From the IMG/VR virus record IMGVR_UViG_3300023174_003073, positions 64,001-128,000 of that record: a DNA stretch of 64,000 bases. One strand, written 5' to 3'. Numbering within the stretch: position 1 is the first letter of the stretch; every line of letters starts with the position of its first letter. A program made the translations under genes and the position numbers. Below the pieces are notes generated by a model. The model did no database searches. It was given only the letters and a program-made list of their open reading frames with translations, and had not been told where the DNA came from. Of the stretch, positions 25,147 through 34,835 are shown in pieces. Origin of the DNA: a virus.

Positions 25147-27855
25147 TTAACCAAACGTAAATAAATCACTAAATGTTGAATTAGTATCAATATTGGTTTT
25201 GATATCCCAACTTAATACTCCGAGTAAGTTGTCAATTTTTTCATCGACAAGTGTTTGTTCCATTGCTTCATCATCGAAGGGCAAATCTGTAAACCATTTA
25301 GGTAGTCGCAGTTCATCTGTCGGGTAAGCAATGCTAGTCATCTTTAATGCATTAGGTTTTAGTTTGCATACAATAATTTTCATACCATCAATAACCTTCA
25401 TTGAATAGTTGTCACCATATAATTTTCTTAGATAGTTCCAATTAATTGCTGCCATTGCGTGACCAACGCCACACTTACCAGTTTGTTCAAATGCAAGTGT
25501 ATGCTTGGTTAAGTTGTTGACTGACTTAGGAGAACCTTTTGTCCAACTATCTTGTTCGGATAGATTTCGTTTGAATTCTTTGATAACCTCAATGACTTCA
25601 TCACGACCTTTACCTTGTTGAATGACCATGCTCAATACATTCATTAAGAATTCTTGTACATATTTAGGAGTATCAGCACGTTTCAAATCAAGACCCATAG
25701 CCTTGATATCACCTAGCTTACCATCTTTATCTTTACGCTTGCCTTCTTTATCAAAGATATTGATAGCATAGCGTTTCTTAGTGATAAAAATACTACGGTC
25801 GCCGATCAGTTCACGACCAGCTTTAATGATTTCACCATTCTTGCGCGGTGAGTGAAATGCTTTCTCCATAAAGCTGGGAAACGAATCATTTGCTTCGTCT
25901 GCAATAGCATCATACAATCCAATACATACCTCTTTGTTCCATTCTAATTCGCCTGCGTCAATTTGAGGCTTCATAGTTGGATATGCTGAGAAGTAACATG
26001 AGTCAGTGTCACCATAAACAATCGCATCACCTTCGTGTGTATATTCACCGGTAACAGTTTGATTGATTTGGCTCATCATGTGACGAACAATTTGACGACC
26101 AGATAGCGTAACACTTTGACCAATACGTTTGTCATAGAAACGACAATGTTCATTCAATAGTGCGCCATAAGCAGAATTCAATAAAATCTTACGCACTAAC
26201 TGACGCTTATCCCAATACTCACGGTCTTCATCAGTAGTTGATTCACGTAATTTCTTCTGCATTGTTTTACGATCCGAGTACCAACGAGATAATAGTCCTG
26301 GAACTACACCCTCTTTCTCGTATGTAAAGATTGTACCATTTGCACTAAGCATCCAGGGACGATGACTATCAAACACCAATTTCCATATTTCAGCCGCAGA
26401 CATTTCTTCACTGCGCCCATCTTCATAGTCAACAATAAGCATTGTACCACGTTCTTGGTTCATAATTGCAGTATACTCTAATGCACCAAACAGTCCTTCC
26501 CATAGAATAGCACCACCTACATCATCGTCACCTTCTTTGTAACGTTTCTTTTCTTGTGCTAATCTAAGACCTTTGTCTTTCATGTACTGGTCTGTGATTG
26601 TTTGTCTGACTTGGGCAACAATAGTCTCGCCCGCCATGTTGAGTGCCCTGATAACTGAGGGGTAGAGTGAGTTAATGTCAACTGCTCCGACATATTCGTG
26701 CATGCCTCTTTTCGGCGTAGCAACATAGGCACCTGCCGCTTGTTGTGTTTCATCTGCATTTTCAGTTCTCCGTTTTTTATCTGGTACAACTAATCCACGC
26801 TCATGCGCTTCATTAAAGATAGCCATTTCAATCATTGCCACTGAACCCATAACTGTTGGAAGCAGTACTGTGTTCTCATGCGCCAATTGATTAGCCAATT
26901 CTAAGAATTTTAATTTGTTGTGAATCTTAACTAACAACATAGTATCTTGCCTGTTGTACTCTAAGAACTTTTCCCAGTCCTTGTTATACAATTGGTCAAG
27001 AGTACCTTCGTATTGTGTTTTGTTTTCACCAACTTCCATTTCACCAATAGCATCTAGTTTATAGCTATGGCGACTTTCGTAGTTGTACTTCTTATAGAGT
27101 TGCAAATAGTCCATGTGAATACGACCTACTAAATCATAAGTCTGTTCTGACTTACCAAATCGTTCATATTCTCTAGGCTTGGGTAATTGACCCATTAAAC
27201 AGAATTTGCGTGTATCATCTTTACTCATCACACGTGTAACACGATTAACCATATATGGTATATCGTATCCCTCTGAGTTCCAACCAGTCATTACATCAGC
27301 ATCTTCAATCAATTCAAAGAATGTATCAAACATTTCTTTTTCACTTTTGAAAAGTAAACAGTTCTCATATTTTCTTGTGATTTCCCATGCTGTTTCTTCA
27401 CTCATATGCTTTGGCGCAATGCAAAGTGTAATGAGTAAATCTTGCCAATCCAAATACAATGAAATAGCAGTTACTGGATTGAATGGATCACTAGTAGGAC
27501 TGAAACCTTTTTCCGGGTCAAAGTCTACTTCAATGTCAAAGAAACAAGTATGTAGTTTAGGTGCATCAACACCCAAATAGTTTTCACTTAAACAACGAAA
27601 TACCGGATTGATATCACTTTCAAATAGTTCTTTACCATTATGTATTCTTCGTTCCTTTTCAAATTCTGTACGCTTACGTGTACTAAATCTGCTTACAGGA
27701 TTTCCGTAAATGCTACGATGCTTACCCTTGTTATCTGGGTAATAGAAAACATAATTGGCAGGAAACTCTTTGTAATGACGCTTGCCGTCAGTACCTCGCT
27801 CTACTACATAAATTCTATCTTCATCCCTTGCGTGGATGGCATCTACATAACTCAA
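25147..27855 (-). CDS. Family B DNA polymerase
   Basis: Exo DIE, GWNSEGYD, YN..D; pol DINSLYPS, K...NSAYG, YGDTDS, KKRY. Confidence 0.97.
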   Translation of the reverse strand: MSYVDAIHARDEDRIYVVERGTDGKRHYKEFPANYVFYYPDNKGKHRSIYGNPVSRFSTRKRTEFEKERRIHNGKELFESDINPVFRCLSENYLGVDAPKLHTCFFDIEVDFDPEKGFSPTSDPFNPVTAISLYLDWQDLLITLCIAPKHMSEETAWEITRKYENCLLFKSEKEMFDTFFELIEDADVMTGWNSEGYDIPYMVNRVTRVMSKDDTRKFCLMGQLPKPREYERFGKSEQTYDLVGRIHMDYLQLYKKYNYESRHSYKLDAIGEMEVGENKTQYEGTLDQLYNKDWEKFLEYNRQDTMLLVKIHNKLKFLELANQLAHENTVLLPTVMGSVAMIEMAIFNEAHERGLVVPDKKRRTENADETQQAAGAYVATPKRGMHEYVGAVDINSLYPSVIRALNMAGETIVAQVRQTITDQYMKDKGLRLAQEKKRYKEGDDDVGGAILWEGLFGALEYTAIMNQERGTMLIVDYEDGRSEEMSAAEIWKLVFDSHRPWMLSANGTIFTYEKEGVVPGLLSRWYSDRKTMQKKLRESTTDEDREYWDKRQLVRKILLNSAYGALLNEHCRFYDKRIGQSVTLSGRQIVRHMMSQINQTVTGEYTHEGDAIVYGDTDSCYFSAYPTMKPQIDAGELEWNKEVCIGLYDAIADEANDSFPSFMEKAFHSPRKNGEIIKAGRELIGDRSIFITKKRYAINIFDKEGKRKDKDGKLGDIKAMGLDLKRADTPKYVQEFLMNVLSMVIQQGKGRDEVIEVIKEFKRNLSEQDSWTKGSPKSVNNLTKHTLAFEQTGKCGVGHAMAAINWNYLRKLYGDNYSMKVIDGMKIIVCKLKPNALKMTSIAYPTDELRLPKWFTDLPFDDEAMEQTLVDEKIDNLLGVLSWDIKTNIDTNSTFSDLFTFG

Positions 27856-28115
27856 AGTGTCTTGCCCACAGTTTCCAAAATAGTGTTGAGTTGTTCGTGT
27901 TCTTGATTTGATTGTGTTAAACTTGCTTTATGGGCAATGCGTATTGCCTTTTTAAGTACACTAGGTTTAACTTCTAGTTCTTCTGCAATTGCTTTTACGG
28001 TATCGGTTAATCCGCCTTGCAGTGTGTCAATCTCATGCATCACTGCCATACCTTCATTAATCAATTGGGTCAATTTGATTTTTTGATCACCATTGAATGT
28101 TTTCACATCGTTCAT
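27852..28115 (-). CDS. dsDNA-binding protein (T4 DsbA/GapR-like)
   Basis: 87-aa helical protein, AEELEVKP..LKKAIRIAHK pattern. Confidence 0.6.
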   Translation of the reverse strand: MNDVKTFNGDQKIKLTQLINEGMAVMHEIDTLQGGLTDTVKAIAEELEVKPSVLKKAIRIAHKASLTQSNQEHEQLNTILETVGKTL

Positions 28116-28221
28116 AGATACTCCTTAGTAAAGTAGTTATTATACACTACTTCACTAAGAAGTCAATGATTTTGCGTGATTACGGTTAAATTACCCGATT
28201 AACAAGTGTAACCTAATTTAA

Positions 28222-28971
28222 TTATAAACTAAATGCTGATTTAGCTTCATTATAATTTGTAGTTACAGCGGTCTGGTCTAATACACTATCATATACTCTT
28301 ACCATAAAATATTTGCCATGTGCAGCATCATTTATTGTGTTTACTGTGCCAGCGTTGGGGTGTCTAGCACCAATTTGTAAACTGTTTGTTGATATGCCAC
28401 CTGAAGGTTGTGCAAATGTGCCTCCGGTTTTTGTTTTTAATGTACCGTTTAAATAGAAGTTCAATGTTGATCCGGTGACAGTAATTAAATAGTGATTTCT
28501 ATTTGCCTTAGCACCGGACGACAAAGCATAATTTTGTAAACCGGATGATGATCCAATCGCTAGTGTTGTGTCACTGCCAAAATATGCAAGAAATCCTTTA
28601 TTAAAGCTATATGCCTCATTACCAAACAATGATGCCCAATAACCTGTAGCACTAATACTTGCTACTATTTCAATAGTAAATGTTGATGGTAAATTATACG
28701 GGATATCAATCATTGCACCATTAAGACTTGTACTACCGGTTGTGACTATGCCACCGCCATTAGCTGAATTGTAAGCATAATTACCTGTACCTGACTTGCG
28801 TAAAGTAGCGTTGTAACCATTGCCCGAAGTGTCTGTCCATGTTGTTCCACTTGAAGGAGCTGATTGTAAGTACACTTTTAGTCCTCCGCCTCCGCCACCC
28901 CCAGAACCATCAGATATAACTGACCCGCCGTCAAATTGAATTCCACCTAATAATTGTATTCCTGTTGTCAT
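28222..28971 (-). CDS. LamG/concanavalin-A-like virion protein
   Basis: WTD.SGNG.NATL, FTIE, FYLNG, LQIG, VRVY...L beta-sandwich pattern. Confidence 0.8.
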   Translation of the reverse strand: MTTGIQLLGGIQFDGGSVISDGSGGGGGGGLKVYLQSAPSSGTTWTDTSGNGYNATLRKSGTGNYAYNSANGGGIVTTGSTSLNGAMIDIPYNLPSTFTIEIVASISATGYWASLFGNEAYSFNKGFLAYFGSDTTLAIGSSSGLQNYALSSGAKANRNHYLITVTGSTLNFYLNGTLKTKTGGTFAQPSGGISTNSLQIGARHPNAGTVNTINDAAHGKYFMVRVYDSVLDQTAVTTNYNEAKSAFSL

Positions 28972-28994
28972 GATATTTTTCCTTTTTGTTTATT

Positions 28995-29519
28995 TTAATA
29001 CCAATTATAGCCCATTTGCTTAGTTGGTATATATGGTGTCAATGTAACCGGTAAAGTATATGTACCTGGTTTGGCTAAAGTTGTAAATGGATCAGATGTT
29101 TCCCAACCAGGTATTGTAGTATCAATTGGTATAATTTTCATTAAATTAGGGTCACCGGTATAAGTACCGTTACTACCTATTGCCATTCTTACTACTGTTG
29201 AACCACCTGTTGCCCAAGTTGCATTCCATGCATATGCAAAATCTGGATCAAATCCTGCATTAGAAAATTTTGCATACCAATCTGCTAATGTACCGGCGTT
29301 GGTTGCTTCAAAATATATTGACGATGCAATTACTGTTCCGGGATCAACAGTCCAACTGTCCAACGTTGGGGGATTACCTACATAAGTGACTCCGCTTCCA
29401 CTAGAACCCCTATTTGTAATATCCCAGGGAGCAATAGAAATATTTGGTGATGCATCATCTCCTAATATTGTTGAGCCACCGCTAAATTGTATTCCACCTA
29501 ATAAATGTATTCCTGGCAT
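28995..29519 (-). CDS. Virion accessory protein sharing an N-terminal peptide with 28222-28971
   Basis: GIHLLGGIQFSGGS vs GIQLLGGIQFDGGS. Confidence 0.7.
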   Translation of the reverse strand: MPGIHLLGGIQFSGGSTILGDDASPNISIAPWDITNRGSSGSGVTYVGNPPTLDSWTVDPGTVIASSIYFEATNAGTLADWYAKFSNAGFDPDFAYAWNATWATGGSTVVRMAIGSNGTYTGDPNLMKIIPIDTTIPGWETSDPFTTLAKPGTYTLPVTLTPYIPTKQMGYNWY

Positions 29520-29534
29520 ATTTTTTCCTTTATG

Positions 29535-31004
29535 TTATTGAAATATTTCTGGATGATTCTTGCCGTAAATCTTAATGTATTTACCTGCAAGCATATCAGC
29601 CATTGCTTCGACTGGGCTACCCGGGTAGCTGTCATCAGGCCCAATCATATTTAATTGATCCTGTCTGTGATGTACTAATTCATGGAAGATTGTACGGAAG
29701 ATATCAACCATATTTCTATTCTCAATGTACACCCAAATCTTACCATCACTAGTATGTAATCCTGTGTGATGACCTTTTTGTGCTTGTTCGCTATCAGTAC
29801 TTAAGGTAATCATTGGATATGGTTCTTTGATATGTAAACGCTTAATACACCATTTTATAAAATCATTAACTTGTTGTATTTCTTCATCAGTGTTAATACC
29901 TTCAGCAATTTGACCTCCCCATTGCTTTACCGGTGTGCGTACTCTTTGTTTTTCTTCTTCACGTTCTTTATCAAGTTTAGCTTGTTTTTGTTGTGCTAAT
30001 TCATACTCACCAAAACCATGATATACTTTTTGTTTAAGTGTATTGTTGTTCTTATCCATTTTAGCAAGCTCATGTCTCATTTGAGTAAGAGTTACTTCTT
30101 CTAATTCATCTTCACCTAATCTATCTTTAAGTTTCTTTACCCATGTATCCGGTGTATGCCCGTATTTTTTAACAAACATATCATGTAACTCATCACCTGT
30201 GATATTATAACGACCGCTAATGCGTTGCATTAGATTGTCAATGGTGCTGTAATCATATTTTTTCAATGCAGGTAACTTATCGGCTAAATCACTTACTGCT
30301 GATTCAGCCACTGCTGTTTTCTTTTTCAATGACTTTACGGGAGACTTACGTACTTTAGGTGCATGTGCTACATTCAATCGTTGTTGTGCGGTACTCATTA
30401 ATGAGAATACTTCTTCATCACTTAATGCATCAGGCATATCTCTACGCCATACTGCAAACTTCAGTTCTTCGTTAGGCATGTTAGCATACTTTGGATTGCT
30501 TGCTTTGAATTTTTCTGGATCAAGTAATACTTCACGCATTGGTGTTGCTCTTGGACCTTCAATCTTTTGCGCTGGATCATTGACTTGTTGTCTTGCTATA
30601 ATTTTTAAACTATTCAATCCATAGTTCTTATAAGGAACATTGCCAGCTTTATCTTGGTTTAATAACCATTGAAATGATTGTACTTCTTTTTCACCTACTA
30701 TCAAAATAACATTTTTATATTGTTTACCTACATCACTTAATACTTGTCCAAGTGTTTGTCCAAAATGAAATATACCTGCTTGTTTAGGAAATACTTTTTT
30801 GTATGTTGATAATTTTTCTTCTGGTGTTAATGGATCTTCTTTGCCCATTGTTTTTGATACAAAGAAAAATGGTGTTGCATTCATTTGTTCTGCGTGTACA
30901 ATAACTGCTCTTGCTAACAACATATGACCTTTGTGGCCCATACCACGACCCCAACCAACTACGGCTGTGCTTTGTGTTGCTTCATTAAATTCTGTGTATC
31001 TCAT
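29535..31004 (-). CDS. HxGH nucleotidyltransferase fused to a C-terminal HExxH zincin domain; probable head protein
   Basis: GRGMGHKGH, DPL...K, RAT.MR; C-terminal TIFHELVH and E..A; leader MRYTEFNEA. Confidence 0.75.
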   Translation of the reverse strand: MRYTEFNEATQSTAVVGWGRGMGHKGHMLLARAVIVHAEQMNATPFFFVSKTMGKEDPLTPEEKLSTYKKVFPKQAGIFHFGQTLGQVLSDVGKQYKNVILIVGEKEVQSFQWLLNQDKAGNVPYKNYGLNSLKIIARQQVNDPAQKIEGPRATPMREVLLDPEKFKASNPKYANMPNEELKFAVWRRDMPDALSDEEVFSLMSTAQQRLNVAHAPKVRKSPVKSLKKKTAVAESAVSDLADKLPALKKYDYSTIDNLMQRISGRYNITGDELHDMFVKKYGHTPDTWVKKLKDRLGEDELEEVTLTQMRHELAKMDKNNNTLKQKVYHGFGEYELAQQKQAKLDKEREEEKQRVRTPVKQWGGQIAEGINTDEEIQQVNDFIKWCIKRLHIKEPYPMITLSTDSEQAQKGHHTGLHTSDGKIWVYIENRNMVDIFRTIFHELVHHRQDQLNMIGPDDSYPGSPVEAMADMLAGKYIKIYGKNHPEIFQ

Positions 31005-32164
31005 AATTTCTTTGGTGCCCAATTTTCTTGGTCAATTAATTTTAAGAATTGACCGGGTAATGGATATTTAAAGTTAATCTCAGGATGTGCTTGTACATAT
31101 CCTTCTGGATTAGTTTGCATTATACCACCATGTAATCCTAAACTTAATGACTTAATTAATTGCATTTTAGCTCTAGTAAGTCCTTCAACTGCACCAAGTA
31201 CAGTCTGATAACCTTTTTTATCTGCTAACATACCGTGTGCTTGACCTTCACTTAGATTAGCTTGTGCCCATTGTGGGAAGTCTCTTACTAATCCATCTTT
31301 TCTTAAATGACTATTTAGATATGTGTAAAGTATACCACTTGGTCTAGACAAACCTTTCTTAGGTGATAGATACGTATCAATAATTTGTGCATTACCACTA
31401 ATAAATTGTTCCATCTTATCAATATAACTTGTATCAACACCTGGCATTTCTTCAACGTAAGTTGTGCCCTGTACTAAAACATCATTCGTAGATAAACTTT
31501 CTGCATTAGGAAATCTTTGTTCATCGCTACTACCTAAGGTAGCATAGTAACCAGTTGCGGCGACCATTAACTTTGCACCGCTTGCTATTTTTTTACCTAA
31601 ATTACTACCAACTGGAATATGAAAACCAGTGATGTTAGGTTTGAAGTCGTATGTGTTTGTGTTCTTATTAAGAATTGGCATTGCACTTTCACCTGTTGGT
31701 TTAGTACCTGGATAGAACAATAAGCCACCTTCTAAGAATCCTTTTTGTGGACTAATCTTCTCAAAGTATTGCCACATACCTGAAAATTGTTTTGCAAACT
31801 GTACTCTACTTTTATCATTAGGATCAGCATTGCCTGTACCCATTACAAAAGCATAAACATCTTTTGCACTATTCATTACTGTTGGTGCACCACTGCTTGT
31901 TTGTGTCTTACCTGATTTCAAATATGCCCATGCATTCTTTGGTATCATTCTAAAAGTGCCATTCTCATCACGACCCCAGTATACAACTGGCATGCCGTCC
32001 CATTTCAATTCAATAGAGTCATAGTTATCAACCATGTGCTTCATACGTTCAGCCGCATGTAATCCGCCACCACTTCCGTTTGTGACTACAAGGTCTTCAA
32101 TGTGTTGGTACTTACGACCAACTGCAGGACCTGCGGCTTCAAGTAATAAATCACTTACTCTCAT
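31001..32164 (-). CDS. Ligase-fold nucleotidyltransferase (DUF6267-like); probable head protein
   Basis: HIEDL, KWDG (motif I), EGYV (IV), KLID (V); leader MRVSDLLLEA. Confidence 0.7.
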   Translation of the reverse strand: MRVSDLLLEAAGPAVGRKYQHIEDLVVTNGSGGGLHAAERMKHMVDNYDSIELKWDGMPVVYWGRDENGTFRMIPKNAWAYLKSGKTQTSSGAPTVMNSAKDVYAFVMGTGNADPNDKSRVQFAKQFSGMWQYFEKISPQKGFLEGGLLFYPGTKPTGESAMPILNKNTNTYDFKPNITGFHIPVGSNLGKKIASGAKLMVAATGYYATLGSSDEQRFPNAESLSTNDVLVQGTTYVEEMPGVDTSYIDKMEQFISGNAQIIDTYLSPKKGLSRPSGILYTYLNSHLRKDGLVRDFPQWAQANLSEGQAHGMLADKKGYQTVLGAVEGLTRAKMQLIKSLSLGLHGGIMQTNPEGYVQAHPEINFKYPLPGQFLKLIDQENWAPKKL

Positions 32165-32849
32165 TTTTTCTCTTATGTATAAATTGTTCAGCAATCATTA
32201 CTAATTCATGTAATTCTTCTATACTTTCACAATGCCATCTACGAAGGCTTTTGTTAATATTACTATTTGGATCATGTGCAGTCTTAGCACTTGTACGATG
32301 TTTCTTCATGCCCTTCATTCTAGCACAGAAACTTGCACGGCGTTTAGCACTCTTGCTACCTTTTTTCAATTTGCTTGGCTTTGTAGTAACAGCAGTTTGA
32401 ATTTTACTACCGGGATGTTCTCTACGATAACTGTTAACAGATTTTTGACTCATGCCACCTGCTCTTGGATTATTGTGTTTACTCCAGTTCTCACCTTCAT
32501 TCATGCCTTGTAATTCTTCTGCTGGCCAACTCATATAGCTGTTACCATTCACATCACCTGATTGTACAACAAACACACCCGGCTCGTCATCGTAGCCTTC
32601 GTCTTGTCCAATTTCCCAACCTGCGGCTGCAAGAGTTTGTTCGATGCGTGGATCCTCATCACCGTGATACCACTGTGCAGCCATACGCTTGAGTGTTTCA
32701 TCATCAAACCCATCGTCGCCGTCTCCGCCGCCAGGGGGTGCGAATTCATTTATGCCTTTAGGCTTTTGATGTTTTGCCTTCATTGCGATAGCAGTAGCAG
32801 CCTGTTGTTTAGGGTTGGCTGCTTCAGTTATAAATTCATGCATTCTCAT
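32151..32849 (-). CDS. Modular internal head protein (DUF6321-like C-terminus)
   Basis: RRASFCARM.G, SLRRW.C; leader MRMHEFITEA; INEF/MNEG linkers. Confidence 0.7.
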   Translation of the reverse strand: MRMHEFITEAANPKQQAATAIAMKAKHQKPKGINEFAPPGGGDGDDGFDDETLKRMAAQWYHGDEDPRIEQTLAAAGWEIGQDEGYDDEPGVFVVQSGDVNGNSYMSWPAEELQGMNEGENWSKHNNPRAGGMSQKSVNSYRREHPGSKIQTAVTTKPSKLKKGSKSAKRRASFCARMKGMKKHRTSAKTAHDPNSNINKSLRRWHCESIEELHELVMIAEQFIHKRKNESK

Positions 32850-33607
32850 TTTAACATCTCCATTGTTCTACGAAACCATTCGGTTACATTTGGTGTGGCT
32901 TGCTGCCAACTATGACCGGCACGTGCCATATTCATAATTTCTTCTTTGCGTCTTTTGTCAGGTATCTTTGCCATAATAGATTCTACACTACCCAAGTCAG
33001 AACCTTTTGCACCTCTACCTAATAAGTATTGAGCAATCATATCCCAATCATCAGCTAATAAATCTGACTTTTTACCTGCCGCATCACGTTTGTATAAACC
33101 CTCGTCAGGACTCCATAACATACCTTGTGTACTAGCAAGTGCGTTCATCACTAGCTGTTTGTTAACACCTTTATAAGGACTACCTTGTGGAATTTCATGT
33201 CTGTGAAACTGTGCCACTTTATGAGCATTCTTAACAACTTTGATATCAACTTGATAAAACTTACCACTCATTGGTATTTTACAATGAACAGTTACACCTG
33301 CTAGTCTAGTTTCAATATTTTGTTTATTAAGAAAAGCTGCCAATGCTTTGCGAGTAGTTGATGAATCTGCTGTATTAAACTGTTGCATTAATGTAGTTAA
33401 TTCTACCATTGAATCTAAGTCATTTGATGGTACAGCATTTCCATTGGCATCGTAGCGTGGCTTCCAGCATGATCCAATAACCTCTAATGTGACGCCCAAG
33501 GGTTCTAGATATTTTTGTGTAGTTTCGCTTAGTGGTTTTCCGACAACAGACGGGTCAAAGTTAGTTTCAACGTCTGGCCAAATATTGCCACCTTCTAATA
33601 AAATCAT
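32846..33607 (-). CDS. Pol-beta-superfamily nucleotidyltransferase; probable head protein
   Basis: Start MILLEGGN after TAAATA at 33631; IGS...SNDLD...QVDI triad. Confidence 0.7.
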   Translation of the reverse strand: MILLEGGNIWPDVETNFDPSVVGKPLSETTQKYLEPLGVTLEVIGSCWKPRYDANGNAVPSNDLDSMVELTTLMQQFNTADSSTTRKALAAFLNKQNIETRLAGVTVHCKIPMSGKFYQVDIKVVKNAHKVAQFHRHEIPQGSPYKGVNKQLVMNALASTQGMLWSPDEGLYKRDAAGKKSDLLADDWDMIAQYLLGRGAKGSDLGSVESIMAKIPDKRRKEEIMNMARAGHSWQQATPNVTEWFRRTMEMLK

Positions 33608-33649
33608 GGTAAAAATCCTGAGTAATAGAGTATTTATCTCAGAAAGGAT

Positions 33650-33731
33650 ATTGCTCACTTTTGAGTCCACGGTAGCGAATCGCTTTCTCAGCCCAGCAGC
33701 CGGGCCACACGGTCCTAAGGTAGGTGTGTTC
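33650..33731 (-). ncRNA. Putative structured RNA (three-hairpin, GC-rich element)
   Basis: CACAC/GUGUG, GCCCGG/CUGGGC, and UGAG/CUCA enclosing AGCG/CGCU, in an otherwise AT-rich genome. Confidence 0.45.
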
Positions 33732-33815
33732 TTAGACGGGACTATATGGATTACGGGGTCTATCCGTTCCATCGTCCTCAGGGTATACAGGGTAATCGTT
33801 TGGGTTACATAACAT
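33732..33815 (-). CDS. 27-aa Pro/Asp/Tyr-rich micropeptide
   Basis: MLCNPNDYPVYPEDDGTDRPRNPYSPV; AGGA upstream; overlaps the stop of 33805-34827. Confidence 0.4.
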   Translation of the reverse strand: MLCNPNDYPVYPEDDGTDRPRNPYSPV

Positions 33816-34827
33816 AAATATTTCCTACACATCCTCTTAAAACTTCAGCAAAGTATTCAGTTAAATCATCACCGATACCCTGTGATTCATATTGTCTTGT
33901 ATCTTCGTCACGAAACTCTGATTTTAGATTAAGATACTTACTTGGGTTACCCCATGCTTGACGACCATAACCTAAGTTAGTTGGTAATGGGTTTAATGTG
34001 ATTGTTCCTGTACCTAAATATTGTGCAAATAATTCATATAAGAATTCATATGGACGTTTGATTTCATTACTGCGACTGCTACGCTGTGTTCCAATAGCAT
34101 TGAATAATGCATTATATTCTGGTGTTAGATTCCAAGACATACCGCTTCGTGCAGGACGACCATATTGGTCTTTTGCTACTTTACCATAACAACGTTCTAA
34201 CACTTGATTAACTGTGTTAAAGAAATATTGTTCTGCTTCGGGCCATGCACCTGATTTACTTGCACCAACATTACGATGACCTGCTTGAATAGCATGACCA
34301 AATCTATGTGCCATGATCCATGGTGTCATCATTACTTTGCTATCACCTTTATTACCCACAAACACTACAGTGATAGCATCTTCACTACCATCAATAATTT
34401 GTTGTGCTTCTTTACCAAATACTTGTTGAAGTACTTCAGCCTTCATAGGTCCATATTCACTGTAACGTCCTGTACCAGGAATGTTACTAAAGAACAATCT
34501 AAAATCGTAAGGGGTTTTCTCTAAGAATCTTTGTGTCTTTAGTTGATTAGTTGGATGAGGTACTAATCTTTTATCAACACCTCTGAATGGACCTGGCTTT
34601 TCAAAATCACCCATAGGAGTGAACTGTTTAAGAGCCATCTCATCAACAGTATCAGTTTGTATTGATTCTGAAATTGACTGCACATTGTCTTTTCCATATA
34701 ACTTAACTAACAACTGTCTTGCTTGACCCTGAGACTCAGCATGAATTATTGTTTTGATTGAGGAGCCATTAACTTTTACAGTTACTTTGAACTTTTTTAA
34801 TGGAGATGAGACTTCATCGAGGCGCAT
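33805..34827 (-). CDS. Probable head protein with a degenerate zincin motif
   Basis: WIMAHRFGH and YELFAQY; leader MRLDEV, internal VDEM. Confidence 0.65.
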   Translation of the reverse strand: MRLDEVSSPLKKFKVTVKVNGSSIKTIIHAESQGQARQLLVKLYGKDNVQSISESIQTDTVDEMALKQFTPMGDFEKPGPFRGVDKRLVPHPTNQLKTQRFLEKTPYDFRLFFSNIPGTGRYSEYGPMKAEVLQQVFGKEAQQIIDGSEDAITVVFVGNKGDSKVMMTPWIMAHRFGHAIQAGHRNVGASKSGAWPEAEQYFFNTVNQVLERCYGKVAKDQYGRPARSGMSWNLTPEYNALFNAIGTQRSSRSNEIKRPYEFLYELFAQYLGTGTITLNPLPTNLGYGRQAWGNPSKYLNLKSEFRDEDTRQYESQGIGDDLTEYFAEVLRGCVGNIYVM

Positions 34828-34835
34828 TGGGTATT

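Noticed and set aside
33670-33700. Hammerhead ribozyme or tRNA reading of the GC-rich element (CUGAGAAA)
   Set aside because: The core does not fit CUGANGA...GAAA with three stems, and there is no cloverleaf, T-loop or CCA; kept only as an unclassified RNA.
33608-33832. 75-aa N-terminal extension of the 328-aa ORF
   Set aside because: A TAAATA promoter at 33631-33636 and AGGA before MILLEGGN indicate a start at 33607; the upstream part is better explained as structured RNA plus a micropeptide.
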